Numbered from the stretch's first letter, positions 14,111-27,480 are shown. The stretch: DNA of 64,000 nt from Chara braunii (GCA_003427395.1 BFEA01000043.1:1802107-1866106); one strand, 5' to 3'. Translations and numbers: made by a program. Notes: a model not told the origin generated them from the sequence alone.

Positions 14111-14549
14111 TGCAGGTCGGGTGTGGTTGCTATAACCTTCCCTGTAATGCTATAATGATAATAATACCAACTGACCTAGCTCTGTTGGTGCACCCCTGAA
14201 CTGTTGAAATCTCCACTGGAAGTAGACGAGTGAAATATTACCATTCTGATTTACCTAGGGCTGGTCAGTTCGGTGGTGATATCTCAAGGCCATCGCCCTA
14301 TTTTTTTTTAAAAGGCCTGAAAGCCTGGGCCACCAACCGGGCCGCGCGGATCACCTGGTTTGACTAGGCAACCCGGTCATGCGAGGGAGGACAGCACAAA
14401 AATAAATTGAACAAGTTTTTTTTTTTTTTAACCTCAATTAAAGTCATGAAATGGGTCTGAACAACTTTTGCCTTGAGGTCACATCGAGATTCTCTACCAA
14501 ATTTAAAATAAAAAATAAAAAAGAAAAACTACGCAGGAATCTAAAAAAT

Positions 14550-14690
14550 GAGTTATAATTGCAATATGGGCCAAGCTACAGTTTCGAATTGCAGTTTGGG
14601 CAATGTCTACAACCCAACTTTCTAGCCAGGTAGAGAGCCCGAAGTGCAATTGCAAACTGTATCTTGCCCCATAGTGCAATTATAACTTGT
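14550..14690. repeat. Imperfect foldback (MITE-like)
   Basis: GTTATAATTGCAATATGGG...TACAGTTT.GAATTGCA.TTTGGG is mirrored by CCCGAAGTGCAATT.CAAACTGTA...CCCATAGTGCAATTATAAC. Confidence 0.65.
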
Positions 14691-17092
14691 TTTTGACACT
14701 CTATTGAAGTTAACCTAAAAAAAAAAAACTACTTTTTATTTTTATTTTTACTTTGCCCGGCTGGACAACCTGCCCCGGGCCACTCTGGTAGCCTAGCAAA
14801 AGGCTATCCTTTTTTTTTTTTTAACTCCTCTCGGGGCACCGCTTGAGGAGGTGGTAAGAACATCCTCTTAAAGTGACCCCCTTCTTGGAGACTCCATCTA
14901 TTGGTGGGGAGCTTAAAATCTGGAAATCGGGTCCAGCGTCCCTTACATGATTAAACCTTATAATAGGAACAAATAATTGCATGGTCTAATTTCTAGACAA
15001 AAGGAGGCCACACCTTGGCCTATCGGTCGCTTCTACGGGCGCCAAATTCCTGCATCTGCGTCGTGAAGGTTCAAGACGATCCCCAATTACTAAGCACACC
15101 CTCTACCACGACAACATTGTATTGTCGTTATTCCAGGCTCGAACGAGCAGCCACATTCAAACCCGCACCCTTACTATGTCGTTCGATGATCTCACTACTT
15201 TGAGTTGGAGAAACTCTCAACTTCCTTCTGCACCACGCCCCATTTACGGGAGCCTTGTCGAGATCATAGGGGACCTCCATTGGAAAAAAAAGAAGCACAA
15301 AAATTAAAAGTTTCACAAGCCCAGCACTAACCAAATTAAGGCATCGGCCCAAGCTGGTTAACAAAACTCACATCAAGTGTCAACATCGTCAGCTAACTCG
15401 ATGATGGCCACGACAACGGCAACCCCTATATGCGCGCATGCAGTGTGCGCGATTATATTATTCAAAACATTGATCTTTTAACTCACTTTGTTTTGCGAGA
15501 TCACCAGCCTCTCTGCAGATTCGCGGAATGAACAAACGTCGGGGCAACCAACGTGCCTTGAAGTGTGGGCCCGCCCACTCTCTTACCTAACCATACTCGA
15601 GCTCGCCGCTAATGAGAATTAATTGCGAACCGCGTAGGAGTAAATGTGTCACTACCTTACTCATCACCACATATGCCGCTCATGCAAGACGCGAAAAATA
15701 CGGACAAATATCCTTATGAGGGTATTTGTGTCGACATCTCCGTTACATGATGGGGAACAAGAAAGTAGACAGGAGATGCGATGGCAAAATGCTTTGTTTT
15801 TATGTTAGCCCCCACCCACCCTCTTTCTCCAACTTGAACGCCCCCCTTGTACTCCTTGACCACCGCCAATTAGGACGGAGACAACATGGATCCCAAGTAG
15901 TTGTTAGCAGGTAGTAAGAAAGAAGTTGACTTCAAGAGAAGAATATAGCTAGTTCAGCGTTACCAGCCCAAATGTTCGGGAGGGGTCGAGCCACCCCCCC
16001 GAATGTTCAACCTGTCGGGTGCATTGGTCATACTTTTCATAAAATCTTTTGCGATATGATAGATTTAAAGAGGAATAATTTCTCTCTCCCAAAGAACTTT
16101 CACTATGCTGAAAGATCATCCCCATTGAGTTACCATCATATATGCAACACATTTTACATATCGTAGTACAAGTAAGTTGACGAAGGGTTTTGATTTATGT
16201 ACCACTAGTACCTCTAGCCTAAATTTCATTGTGCTTCAAGTTTTGTCGATCTAGAGTTCCACGAGTCCCTCTCCATTTTCTTTTCTCGTACTCTCACGGA
16301 AAGAAAAGAAACAAAAAAAAGTAGTAGCTGTGGAACTCACAAAAGAAGAAGGAAAAAAAAAAAAAACAAAGCTTTGGCCGTGAAATGTAGTTGTATACAT
16401 TCTTGGAAGTGGTAGTATGAGTGTGCCCTCAGTGAGGGCGTTCCAACCTCGTTGCCAAGTTGTTAGACTCCATAAAGACAAAGAAGGGGAAAAAAAAACA
16501 TAGATTCGACCATGAAATTGACTCCATACGTTCCTCTAAGTGTCAGTGTATTCAGGGTTACAATCCTTTGAGGAAATACAACTTGAGTAAATCACGGATT
16601 TTGCCTGCCTCGTTGGCAGGGGACTCATAAGAATGAGACAAGAAAGGAAAAAAACAAAACAACAACATTTACAATCTCACCGTTTTAGCTATAAGATTCA
16701 TCATTATGTAGAAGACTACTGTGAACACGACTTCCTGGACTACCATGCCCGACATCATTGCAGTAGAGAAAATACATTTTTTTTTTTTTTTTAAGGCGCA
16801 GACAAATATAAAACGAAACTTTATGAGACTTAACGAACCTGGATCCCACTTCGAATTCCTCGGGAACGGATATTTTTCCCTAATTTACCATCACAAGGGG
16901 AAGTACTAGTGGTTCAACACTCCGAATTCAAGTGTTTTCATACGTAGTAATGTTTGAAAAATTATGTGATAATACATTGTGCTTTATGTAATTGAAAAAA
17001 TAAATGTGAAGGAAGTTTTTACTTAACCCAATGAAATTGGCTTAAACAAGAAAAGCGGTATCTCCAATCGTGATAAAAAATATATGTACAAT

Positions 17093-17851
17093 CAGGGTTA
17101 CCAGCCCGTACGTACGGAGGCCCCCGGGCGGACCTCCGTACGTTCGGGGTCCCATACGGGGTTTGAACCCGACGGCGTTCGGCCCCCGCCAAAAATTATT
17201 TCGAGGCCTAAAAATAATTTTTTTCTTTTCTGAAGTTTTTTTTACGAGTTCTTTATGACGTGAGGTACATGCCTATAAATTTTCAAGTCATTTGGCTTGG
17301 CCAAATAAGAATTAAAAATCGCCAAAGATGGCGGTGTCAAAACGTGCTCGCCCATGTTTTTTTTCACTTTTTACTTTTCGTTTCCACTTTAGTTCGGGGT
17401 CTAAACAATTTTATTATTTTTTGAAAATTTTTAAGTGGGTTTTGTATTATGTGAAGTACACATATGTAAATTTTCAGAGCATTAAGCTATGCCAAAAAAA
17501 AATAAAAAATCGCCAAAGATGGCGGTGTCGAAAACATGCTCGCGCACTCACTAAATTTAATTCTCTTTTTATTTTTATTTATTTTTATTATTAGTATTTG
17601 TTCTATGTATTTTATTTTTATTTCAAATTTGGTAAGGAATTCGGACGTAATGCTCACACAAATCTTGTTTAATTTATTTTTCTCCATAACATGTCTTTTT
17701 TTCAGATTTTTTTGATGATTTGTTTTTTTTTTTTTTTTTTTTTTTTTGGGTCTGCGTTCGGCCCGAACGGCCGAACACATTCCCAAGGGGGCCCATATGT
17801 TCGGGCGTTCGGGTTCGGGCATTCGGCCCATCCCGAATGCCGTTTACCCTG
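17093..17851. mobile_element. Non-autonomous hAT-like element (MITE)
   Basis: Ends CAGGGT...ACCCTG. 8-bp flanks TGTACAAT / TCTACAAT (7/8 match, the hAT TSD length). Subterminal TTCGG/CCGAA repeats. Confidence 0.75.
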
Positions 17852-18429
17852 TCTACAATAATAAATTTACAAACCTTACCCCTATAGGTTGTAAATGAAA
17901 AACAATTACTAAAACACTTATCAAATAAAGTTGTTTGGAAGACAACATATATATCCAAACATTGGTTGTCAAACTGTATCCCCCAAGTCACTTAGGACAT
18001 AAATAAGTGAACTAACTAATCAAACATTAATAACTATGAGTTAAAAAACACAACCGAGTTGATAGTCAATAATAACAAATGCTTTGTTTTCTTCAAGGAT
18101 TATATGATATGCCTCTGTAACGAAGCGCTACCTCTTGTATAAATATTTATAAAGGTTGTTTGAGTGTTTATTCCCCCTCTTATAAAGTCCTACTAACTAT
18201 GTTGTAACTCAATAAAGTTTTCATGAATTAAAACCACGTACCAATATTTTATTGTATACCCACGTAATGCTTCTATCACACAAGAATGGCAGAGTACTAA
18301 TATCACCAGTACAATAATCATATGTTATTTATATAAAGGTTATTACAGTGTTTCCCAACCGAACGTTGAAAGGGTCGAATAAACTGAAAAACCCCTCATG
18401 TTCGTTTATTTTTATTTTTATTATGAATC

Positions 18430-18920
18430 CACGAATCAATCAATCGATCAAAGCAGTTGATTGATTGATATGTTAGTTGCAGGGGGGTTATTACCCCCTT
18501 GCGCACACATACACACAAACACTTACATTCACACCCACCCATCCACACACACATATATACGCGTGCACGTTCATGTTTTTTTTTTTTTTAATTGATTGAT
18601 TGATTGATTGATTGGCCTCTTGGGGCGAGGTTCACACACCCCTTGCACGCGCACGGACACACACACACAAGCGTACATTCGCGCTTTATTCTTTTAAATA
18701 TTTTTTTATTGGTGAATTGATTGATTGATGGACTTCTTGAAGGGGGGTTGCCCACTCCATGTGCGCACACACACACATACATATATACATACATCTGCAC
18801 GTTCGCGCTGAAAAAAAAAAAAACTTTTCATTTATCGATCGATTGATTGATTGATTGGCTTCTTGGGGGGCGTCACCTACCTTCCGCGCACACACATTAT
18901 ACACACATACACACCTTTGA
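18430..18920. repeat. Tandem ~125-bp repeat: (ATTG)n + GGGGG core + CA-rich tract
   Basis: About four degenerate units visible. Confidence 0.7.
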
Positions 18921-19618
18921 TTGGGGGCCCCGACAACCGTTCAGTGGGCAACTTGCCTCCCCCCACCCGAATTTATTATATTTTTTTTCTACAAATTTTT
19001 TACAATAATGTGATAAATTACTCCTATAAAAGCTAAAAAAAGTTCCATTCACAATACCTTGACGTAAAATGTTAAATCGTAAAGTAAACAATAATGGACA
19101 GTTGAGCACTAATTCCTTGCCAATCAATCAGAGGTTTAACGTGTGATCTCAAATTCAAAGATAACTATCAATTATTTGACGTAAAAATGAATCTTTAAAT
19201 ACTAAATAATAACTCAAAAAAACTGACATCGAAAAAAAACGTTTTTATTTTTTATTTGTATTATACACAAAAAATCTTAATAGTAAAAAAAAAACATTCT
19301 CACAAATTTATGAAGGCATCCAATTACTTAATATCTCTCATTAAACACTTTAAAAACTAGGTTGCAAGTACACACTGCCCAGGGGGCACGACCATGCGAC
19401 CCAACCAAACCTCCATGGGGGTCGAATCACGTGGGCAACATCAAAAGAGGGTTTGTTTTTTATTTTTATATTTGGCAGTGCAACAATTTTGCGCTCTTTG
19501 AGACGTGCCAAAATTTGGGCTTAACTTTGGATTTGAAGATGTTTAAAAAAAGAGTGTTCATAGGGTACAAACGAGGTTTGAAAGGTAAAGGGGCTTAAAA
19601 GGGTTTATATGAGTGTGA

Positions 19619-20198
19619 TTATATCATGATCTGGGCTACCATCCGAGCCGCCTGGTTCACCCTATTTCCCAGGGCGGCTCGGCCGTGCAAGGACAAGGGA
19701 AGGTCCCAGCCAAAAATAAAAAAATAAAAAAATCCAAACAATCCAAAAAATCCAAAAAAAACTACACTACCAAAGTGGCCCAGTGTCACTTGCCCGGCCG
19801 GACCAAAAACAATTAAAAAAAAAAAAATTCTAAATTTGATGCAGAATTTCGATATGACCCTAAGACAAAAGTCGTTCAGTTTATTTTTCTGCATAACATA
19901 GTTTGTTTTCAGAATTTTTTGATTTTTTTTTTTTTTGTTGGGACCTTCTCTGGTCCTTGCATGGGCTGGTCACCCGGGACCCAGGCGGCCCGGCTGGTAG
20001 CCTAGAAAAAAACTATATTATGCAGACAAATAAACTGAACAACTTTAGCCTCAGGGTCGCATCAAAATTCTTTACCAAATTTAATATAAAATTTTAAAAT
20101 AAAAAAAAATATTTTTTATTTTATATATATTTTATATTTTTTTAGCTTGGTCAAGAAAGTGAACCCGGACCACTTTGGTAGCCTAGATCATGATGTAA
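19619..20198. mobile_element. MITE-like element with ~20-bp TIRs
   Basis: ATCATGATCTGGGCTACCA (19623) / TGGTAGCCTAGATCATGAT (ends 20194). Internal modules are shared with 14400-14520, 17600-17720 and 20220-20300. Confidence 0.55.
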
Positions 20199-20709
20199 AT
20201 TTTTATTTTGTTTTTATTTTTTAATTTCATATTTCATAACGAATTTCGGATTGACCCTCATTGAAAAGTTGTTTGATTTACAATTTTGTATGAATTTTTT
20301 AATTATGTTTTTTTTTTTTTTTTTTGGATTGTGACATTTCGGGACGTCAAACGAAACTGTGCTCGGACCTAGTCCGGTTGGGCCATCCAGGCAGCCCAAC
20401 TAAGAACCCGATTTAAAAGGGTATTTATTAATATATGGTAATTAAAACAACTAATATATTTTTTTAAATAAATAAATAAATTATATATTACTATGTGAGA
20501 GTGAATTTTATTCAAAAACATTTTTAATTGAAATAATGAGACAAACCATAAAGAAAAAAAAAAAAAAAAATATATATTTATTTTTTCCCCATAATATTCG
20601 TGATTGAGTTAGTATACATCATTATCTCCTATCAGTGAAGTTTTTTAACTTGTCTTTTCTTGCATTCTTGCCTCTCTGATTTTAAGGTACACTAATAAAA
20701 TTTGTTATT

Positions 20710-21830
20710 GGTTTATCCGTACTTCTCAAGTTTCACGAAGACCTTTTCGTAGCTTGACATTATAGATGGGGTTATTTCTAGCAGTTCCTATTTGTTAAAA
20801 CACTTATTTTCATACGGGTTTAACTTGTAAATGTATCTTATACTGTTGCTAATTTTTTTCTTATCGAGGCATATCTTTAAACCAATACTATGCAACAATA
20901 TGACCGCTAAGTTATTTCGGTACCCACCGACTTTGCAATTGTACCGTACTCTAATGTATTTTGATCATTTGGTTTTACTCAATGTGTTTAAACTCACTGT
21001 TTACTCGGTGTGTTTTGGACTCGCTATTGTATCTGCTAGTTGTATCAACAAATCAGTCAACTCACTCAGTCGTTTGTCATCCATTAAAGGAAATATTGTG
21101 GGCGAGTGAATCTTCAATGTAAGATATGAGATATGAGTTTATTGGCATTGGAAAAAGAATAAGCTCGAGGATGTGAGAGAATGTCTATCATAGTGAAACT
21201 ATTAATCCTTATCACCCACAACCTTGAAAAACCTTTATGGATTATAACACCTACAATAACTTTTGGAAAACATTATCGTATAAGGAGGATTCATTAAACT
21301 TCAGCCAGATAAGCCCCCTTGATTAAATGAAGAAGGTTTGTAATGTTTATTAACCTGCTGTATTACCTTTTTTTGAATGTTTTTATGTTTCTCGTGATCT
21401 ACAAGGTTATGTTTTTTCATGATGTAAATTCTTTAATCCCTTGTAGTTATGTGCGAAACTTTTCCTAAGTTAAATTAAGAGGTTTACGTGATTTTCAACC
21501 TTTATGAAGTGCATTAAGTGTTTTCCCAAGTATTGTGTAGTTATATGCACATCCTTTAATATATTATTGTCCCAATCTATTTGGTTACGTATGATATACA
21601 TTCCTAAAAGTTGTTGGCAACTTGGCAAAGCCGAATTGTTTGCATAGTTCCTCAATTAGCCTCAATATATTTTCTCATGAGTTATGATTTTTTACAATTT
21701 TCACTCGTCTGAAACAATAGTCACGGTCTTAGGATTCCCATCGTTTTTAACCCAATTCATGTAAATTTTCCAGTGACTGACTCGCACGTAGCTTCATAAG
21801 GCAATCAAATAAACTTATTTATTTTGACAA
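20710..21830 (-). pseudogene. AT-rich decayed coding relic, unidentified
   Basis: One minus frame at ~21108-20713 reads ~130 codons with only three internal stops (HSPTIFPLMDDKRLSELTDLLIQLAD...RNNLAVILLHSIGLKICLD...). A similar frame lies at ~18330-18080. Confidence 0.35.
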
Positions 21831-21849
21831 TGAAGTTGATGGAGCTAGA

Positions 21850-22228
21850 TTCTTCATCACTAGATGGAATATGGAGGAGTCATAGAAGCCCGATTGGTTT
21901 TCAGGGTAGAGGATTTCCTATGTCCTTGGTAACTCCCCATAAAGATCTCGAAATTAGAACAAAATTGATATGAGAGAAGGTGATATGTGAGGTGTGATTC
22001 TTTTTCATTAGGGAGTCTGCTTTCTTGGAGGGCTATAGCAGCCTAAATTGGTCTAGGAGGTTGTATTCCTCCATCATATTTTTTAGGAATGTTCCCAGCC
22101 TGGAGGGGCGAAAGAGAATTGACCTTGAGATTCGGTCCGATAAGGAGTCAAGGATTGTGTTAAATCACCTGCAATGATGACCAACTGTACTTCGGGGATC
22201 ATAGACCAAACAATATTGAACCACCAGT
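21850..22228 (-). mobile_element. LINE AP-endonuclease domain fragment, inverted relative to the adjacent RT segment
   Basis: Minus translation with one frameshift: LVIIAGD(F)NTILD...DR...NLLDQFRLL*P...SHINFVLIS, matching the APE motifs GDFN, L.D..R...P and SRID..L.S. Confidence 0.75.
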
Positions 22229-23914
22229 GTGATCATTATGGAAGCCCTAGCAGCTAACATAAGACATCATAAAGACATTAGGCACATCCGAGTCTCTTCT
22301 ATTCCTGAGGAAGCAGTTCCAGTTTGCTCTCTCTTTGCTGATGACCTCTCTCTTATGGTTGATGCTTCTCATGAAAATTTAGAAGCCATCAAAAGATTAA
22401 TGAACAAATTTTGTAAACTCTCCGATATGAAGGTCAATCGGGAGAATAAAACACTTGGATGGTGGATCCATCATCAAGGTGTGAGACCCCCTGAACTTCC
22501 CTGCATTAAGTGGGTCCATCATAACGAACCAATCAGAGTTTTCGGAGTATCTCTGTCAGTCTCAGGTAAACCCACCTCTACCAATGAAGGGATTCTAGAA
22601 CAAGCAAGGTTGAAACTTGATTTGTGGAAGGATAAACATACATCCCTGTTTGGTAGAACTTTAATAATTAATAATGTAATATTGACTTCTATATGGTATA
22701 AATCGGCTTTCTGGGCCTTGGACAAAGGTAATCTCAAACTTTTCAAGACACAAATAGCGTCCTTCTTGTGGCGTGGGGATCACGAAAGATCCAATGTCAT
22801 CAGCCGAGTTGCTTGGTCATCCATTATCCAACCCAAAACAAAAAGGGGCCTTGGGATCATCGATCCCCATACCCAAGCTATAGCTCTCTCTCTCCAGTGG
22901 ATCAAACGCCTTGTATTCAATCCCAATACTCCTTGGTCCTTCCTAGCCCTTGAACAAATAAAGGTTAGCTCCTCCGGACCTTGGTCACATAGATCCCCTG
23001 ATGTGGTTGGAGAACCTTGCATGGTCTTTACCTAGAGGTTCTCAAGGGGACCAGAATCAAGAGGAAATCTCGGACAAACAGACAATTAGGAGGGATCTTT
23101 GGCAGGATCCATTTTGGGTCACACTAATTAAAAATTGGAGAAAGATGCCCATCCCAGATAAAGTTTCCCCGACAAGATGGAAATAAGTTTGTCAGCAGCC
23201 CCTTTTCAACAACACGTTTATCAGGGATGACCAAGGGTGTGTTCTGCACTGTATGGATGCCCCCTGGAAGAGTTGGATTAACAGGGGAGTTATACGGGAC
23301 AGAGATCTATGGAATCAAGAAAGCAGAGATTGGCGTTCGACCACTGACCTGCATGAGCGTCTAAGATATAACCACCATCAGAATAATGCTCTTAATTTGA
23401 TAATTGATCTAATCCCTCTGGAGTGGATCAGAATTCTATGCAAGGGCCCCAAACTTATTGAAAGTGATTGGGTTGCTTTTCATAACCAAAAAGGCATAGT
23501 TGGTAATATACTTATTGAAAGTGATTGGGTTGCTTTTCATAACCAAAAAGGCGTAGTTGGTAATATAATTGAAATCCATAACCCGAATCAAATTCTTCTA
23601 AGTTACAGGCCTGATGGAGACAACTGGTAAAGTGCTTGATAGTCAAGATTTTTTGGCGCCTGTAAGGGTGAAGAGGCACTAAACTAATTCACTTTACTGT
23701 CCTTCCTGTTGGTCAATGGTCATCAGAGCAATAGCGCAGAATTTCTTGGCTCATATTTTCATCACCATTCTTATATGAGGGAAGCTGAGATCTGTTCTCA
23801 GCATGCTCTGTTTGGTTACTTCCGGGTAGACTGTGAGGACCCCGGCCTCAATCTTCACATTGGTAATATCAACCTTGGGCACTGGGCCCTTTTTTTTTTT
23901 TTTTTTTTTTTTTT
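22229..23914 (+). mobile_element. Decayed L1/Tx1-type LINE: RT domain (SLFADD) and downstream ORF2, internally deleted, with 3' terminal motif
   Basis: ORF 22229-23035 contains IIMEALA...SLFADD...SLFGRTLIINNV...KRGLGI. 57-bp in-frame duplication at ~23453-23566. 3' motif GGGTAGACTGTGAG...CTTGGGCACTGGGCCC is shared with 12101-12168. Confidence 0.9.
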
Positions 23915-24431
23915 AAGAGTTGTGAGACCCAAACAAAAGTGTCGCCAGAAACAACATCCTTGACACACGTTTTGGCTACCCGCCGCCACACAGTCATCTT
24001 CAGGGGTAGTTTAAAGAATGAAAGTGCTAAGTCGCACTTCAACACACCGCAAGGTCAAGACACAATCAAGACACACACGACATGACGGACGTAGACGAAA
24101 AGAAACAAAACTCCGAGCGCAGGTGGCGCTTTGAAAATTTCGTCGAAATAGCGCACTCATCTGGCGAAAGGACCCAGGGGGTTTTCCCCTGCCAGTGCCT
24201 TCTTCTCTCTTTTTTTTTTTTTTTTTTTTTTTTTTTGAAGAATAACCTGACCGGATGCTAGGTGTGCTACTGCTACACCCTGCTAACTCACTTCCGTGTA
24301 CACCTTCCCAACATCTCCACCTCCCGAACATCTCTGGAAACGGCAAAGCTGCAGTGGTGCGCGTCATTTGTGCTGCCACCATCTTCTTTTGTTGCCAAGT
24401 CTGTTTGTTTTGTTTTGTTTTGTTTTTGTTT

Positions 24432-24506
<75 letters not shown>

Positions 24507-24539
24507 ACAGATAGGAGTGATGATACAAGTATGCACTCT

Positions 24540-25490
24540 ATATTGGTAGGGTGATGGTCCTGAGTGCTGGTCACAGTGAGGTACGACAGTAGGGACAGGG
24601 GGTGCACCGGGAGTATTAATGTGGGGATGGGTAGGGTAGGTGGCCTATCCTGACAGGACAACCATTGGCTGCCGCTACCAGCAATCACTGCGGGTCTGGT
24701 CCTTGGCCTCTACAACACCCTGGGCTTTAAAAAAAAAATAAAAAATGATACGAGGATGCACTGCGGGTTCTTCTTTGTCAACCGCAATCTTTGAGCATTT
24801 TGGGACCCAATCCCAAATCCAGTCTATTGCTTGCCCCTGGTTCTTCTTCTTCTCCTGATCCGGAAATGTAATGTTCTGCGTTGGGTTCTGGAAGTTTTTT
24901 TATTATGAAGCTACTCAAGGGGGTAAGATACCATTGGAATCCTGGAGCCAAGTCCCACTTTTCATGCCCGACGCTCGTTCTGATATCTCCGGCCAGAGAT
25001 GAAGGATACCGGTAAGTGGGACTTGGACCCTGACCCCTGTCCCCTTATTGGCAGATTTCACCTTGATATCTTTTTTGTTTTGTTTTGTTTTAAGCCACTA
25101 GTACCTTTCTCAGCTATCGATGCCGAGCCTAAAACTGCCCTGCGCATCAAAGAAAAACGAACCCCGGCGCGGACCTCGTTTTGGTTGGCGCCACCAGCCA
25201 TTTCGCGCTGGTAGTCCTGAGCCTGTCCGCCTCCCGTTTTAAGCAGGGAAAGGTACTGGTGGTTTAAGCCCAGGGTGTTGTAGAGGCCAAGGACCAGACA
25301 TACGGTGATTGCTGGCGGCAGAAAGTCGTCCTGACAGGGTAAGGCCACCTCCCAACCCAAACTCACGTCAATACTCCTAGCACACCCCCTATCCCTACTA
25401 TCCTATCTCACTGTGACCAGCACTCAGGACCATCACCCTACCAGTATTGAGGGCAACTTGGACCGAACAGTAGCGACAAGCACCAAGGCT
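24540..25490. repeat. Inverted pair of a ~190-230 bp repeat (24540-24730 minus, 25262-25490 plus); third copy at 46195-46340
   Basis: CTCACTGTGACCAGCACTCAGGACCATCACCCTACCA and CCCAGGGTGTTGTAGAGGCCAAGGACCAGAC occur in both orientations. Confidence 0.75.
25090..25267. mobile_element. Small TIR element bounded by TTAA (second copy 29635-29794)
   Basis: TTAA(G/A)CCAC(T/C)AGTAC...GTACTGGTGGTTTAA in both copies, with shared internal CAGCTATC..GCCGA. Confidence 0.55.
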
Positions 25491-25701
25491 GGGCAGCACA
25501 CTAGTACGTCGCCTTGATATCAATATCAAACACTTTCCTGCATCCATACTTGACCTTCTCGAGGTAGGTCTCCAAAGAAGCGGTTGAGACTGCACTGTCC
25601 TGAATGCCCATCAAGCCACCATCCTCTTCTTTGCCGGAGTCCGGAGACTGGCCCGCTGTCCCTGACGAGGTTGAGTCTTTGTCTGTTGCATCTACCTCCG
25701 C

Positions 25702-27480
25702 TTTTTTTTTTTTTTTTTTTTAAACAAGCTCCATCTATTGGTGGGGAGCATCACCTGCTGGAAACCGGGTCCAGCGTCCCTTAATTGTACAACTTGAATA
25801 CATTATGAGAATAAGAATGAATATGAAAAAGGTCTCTTGAATTGAACAAGACTGTCACTTACTACCTGCCAACAGAAATTGAAACAACAACANTACCTCT
25901 TCATCCATTCCAGGANGCCAAATATACCTGTTGAAACTAGTAGTGATAATTCTATAATCCATACCATGAGTTGGGAACAAGGGCTGTTGCTGGGGGAGGA
26001 AAAGGGTCCGGGAAATCTGATAACGGACGCATGGGTATTGACGCGTCTATTGTAGTCCAGTCATCGAAAATCAATTTGTGGTCTCTTTTTATTCCAGTAA
26101 CATCCTCATTCCAAGCCCCATTCCAAACGACACAACCAATTCTCCCTCCCTGGTTTCCGCCCAGCCAATTACAGCTGAATTTACGAAAACGACTTTGAAT
26201 TTCTGTTTTGTCTGAGAGGAATTGAACACTTTCTTTTGTTCGATCCCATTTGCTTAATATATCTGTTTGAATTTGTTGTTTAATATTGTCTGTAAATTCA
26301 GGTCCATCAAGTCTAGCCCCTTCCCACATCACCGCTCTTCTTCCCATGCTAAATAGATTTTCTACAAACTCCCCATCATTTTCCACTAATTCTAGGTCCA
26401 GGCTCCAGGTCTCAAGAAAAATAGCTTTCCATTTCCATGGCCAAGGAACCTGTGGGACTAAATTTGACCAGATTCGGTCCCACCACCTCCAAAGCCATAC
26501 TGAGCCCGGGCATTGCATGAAGATATGCTCTATAGTTTCAGGATAAGTTCGACTTGGGAAAGCTGATTTGCATAACTTACACCATCTTTCTACTAGTCCT
26601 TTTTGTTCCAACGTTGATCTGTCAATCAGCCAGTCATTGACTGGTAGACACGTATGTTCAATTTGCCATTGGAGTGAAGCAATTTTGGCTGGTTTCTCCT
26701 TGATTATTTTAAACCACCTGACAGACCTCAATTCTTCTTGACGAACATTAAGATGTTTTTTCCATCTGATGGAAACCTTGTCTTTTAAGTTAATTCTAGG
26801 GCGAAGCATTCGGTAGGCTGATTTGACTTTGAGTGAGTGAATAGTCCTTTTGAACGATCTGTTATGCCTTCCTATTCTTGTGGCCGAGCTCCTTAGGAAC
26901 GACTGGTTTAAAGGCCACCCAAGAGTCTTTAATTCTGATTACCCTTATTCTGAAGATCTGTTGTGTCTGAACCCAATCGGTTTCCCCTTGCTCCTTAGGA
27001 ACGACTAAATTAGTGGATGACAAGGAAAAATTTTGTAATAGAAATCCCCCATTATGGTCTTGGTCCAGAATTAAACCAATTGACTGAGACTGATCCTTGA
27101 AAGCAACCCAATCATTTATCATTAATTTGGGGCCTTTCCTAAGAGTATGAAACCATTCAAGAGGGATGAGTTCGATTATCCTTTCGAGTGCTTCCTTTGA
27201 ATGATGACAATATCTTAGCCTTGCCCTCAGTTTAGTTGGGTTGATCCATTCATTTGTATCAATATCCCATATATCTTTTATCCTCATAATCCCATTACTA
27301 ATCCATCCCTTCCAAGGAGAATGCATACAGTGAAGAACAAATCCTTGGGAATCGCGAATCCACGTATTATCAAAAATAGGTTGTTGACACACTTCCTCCC
27401 ATCTGACTGGCGATAGTTTATCCGTGAGGGGTAACTGTCTCCAGGTTTTCAACATAGACACCCAAAAAGGATCATTTTTC
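25702..27480 (-). mobile_element. 5'-truncated L1/Tx1-type LINE (ORF2 C-terminus with zf-RVT, 3' UTR module, poly-A)
   Basis: ORFs 26862-27461 and 25952-26809 (WCKLC...ETIEHIFMQC; DFPDPFPP tail as in the 9523 copy). 3' module at 25728-25780, then an A-tail on minus. Confidence 0.9.

Noticed and set aside
21279-21296. LMNPPY as an adenine methyltransferase motif (minus strand)
   Set aside because: Single short motif flanked by stops, with no SAM-binding motif seen.
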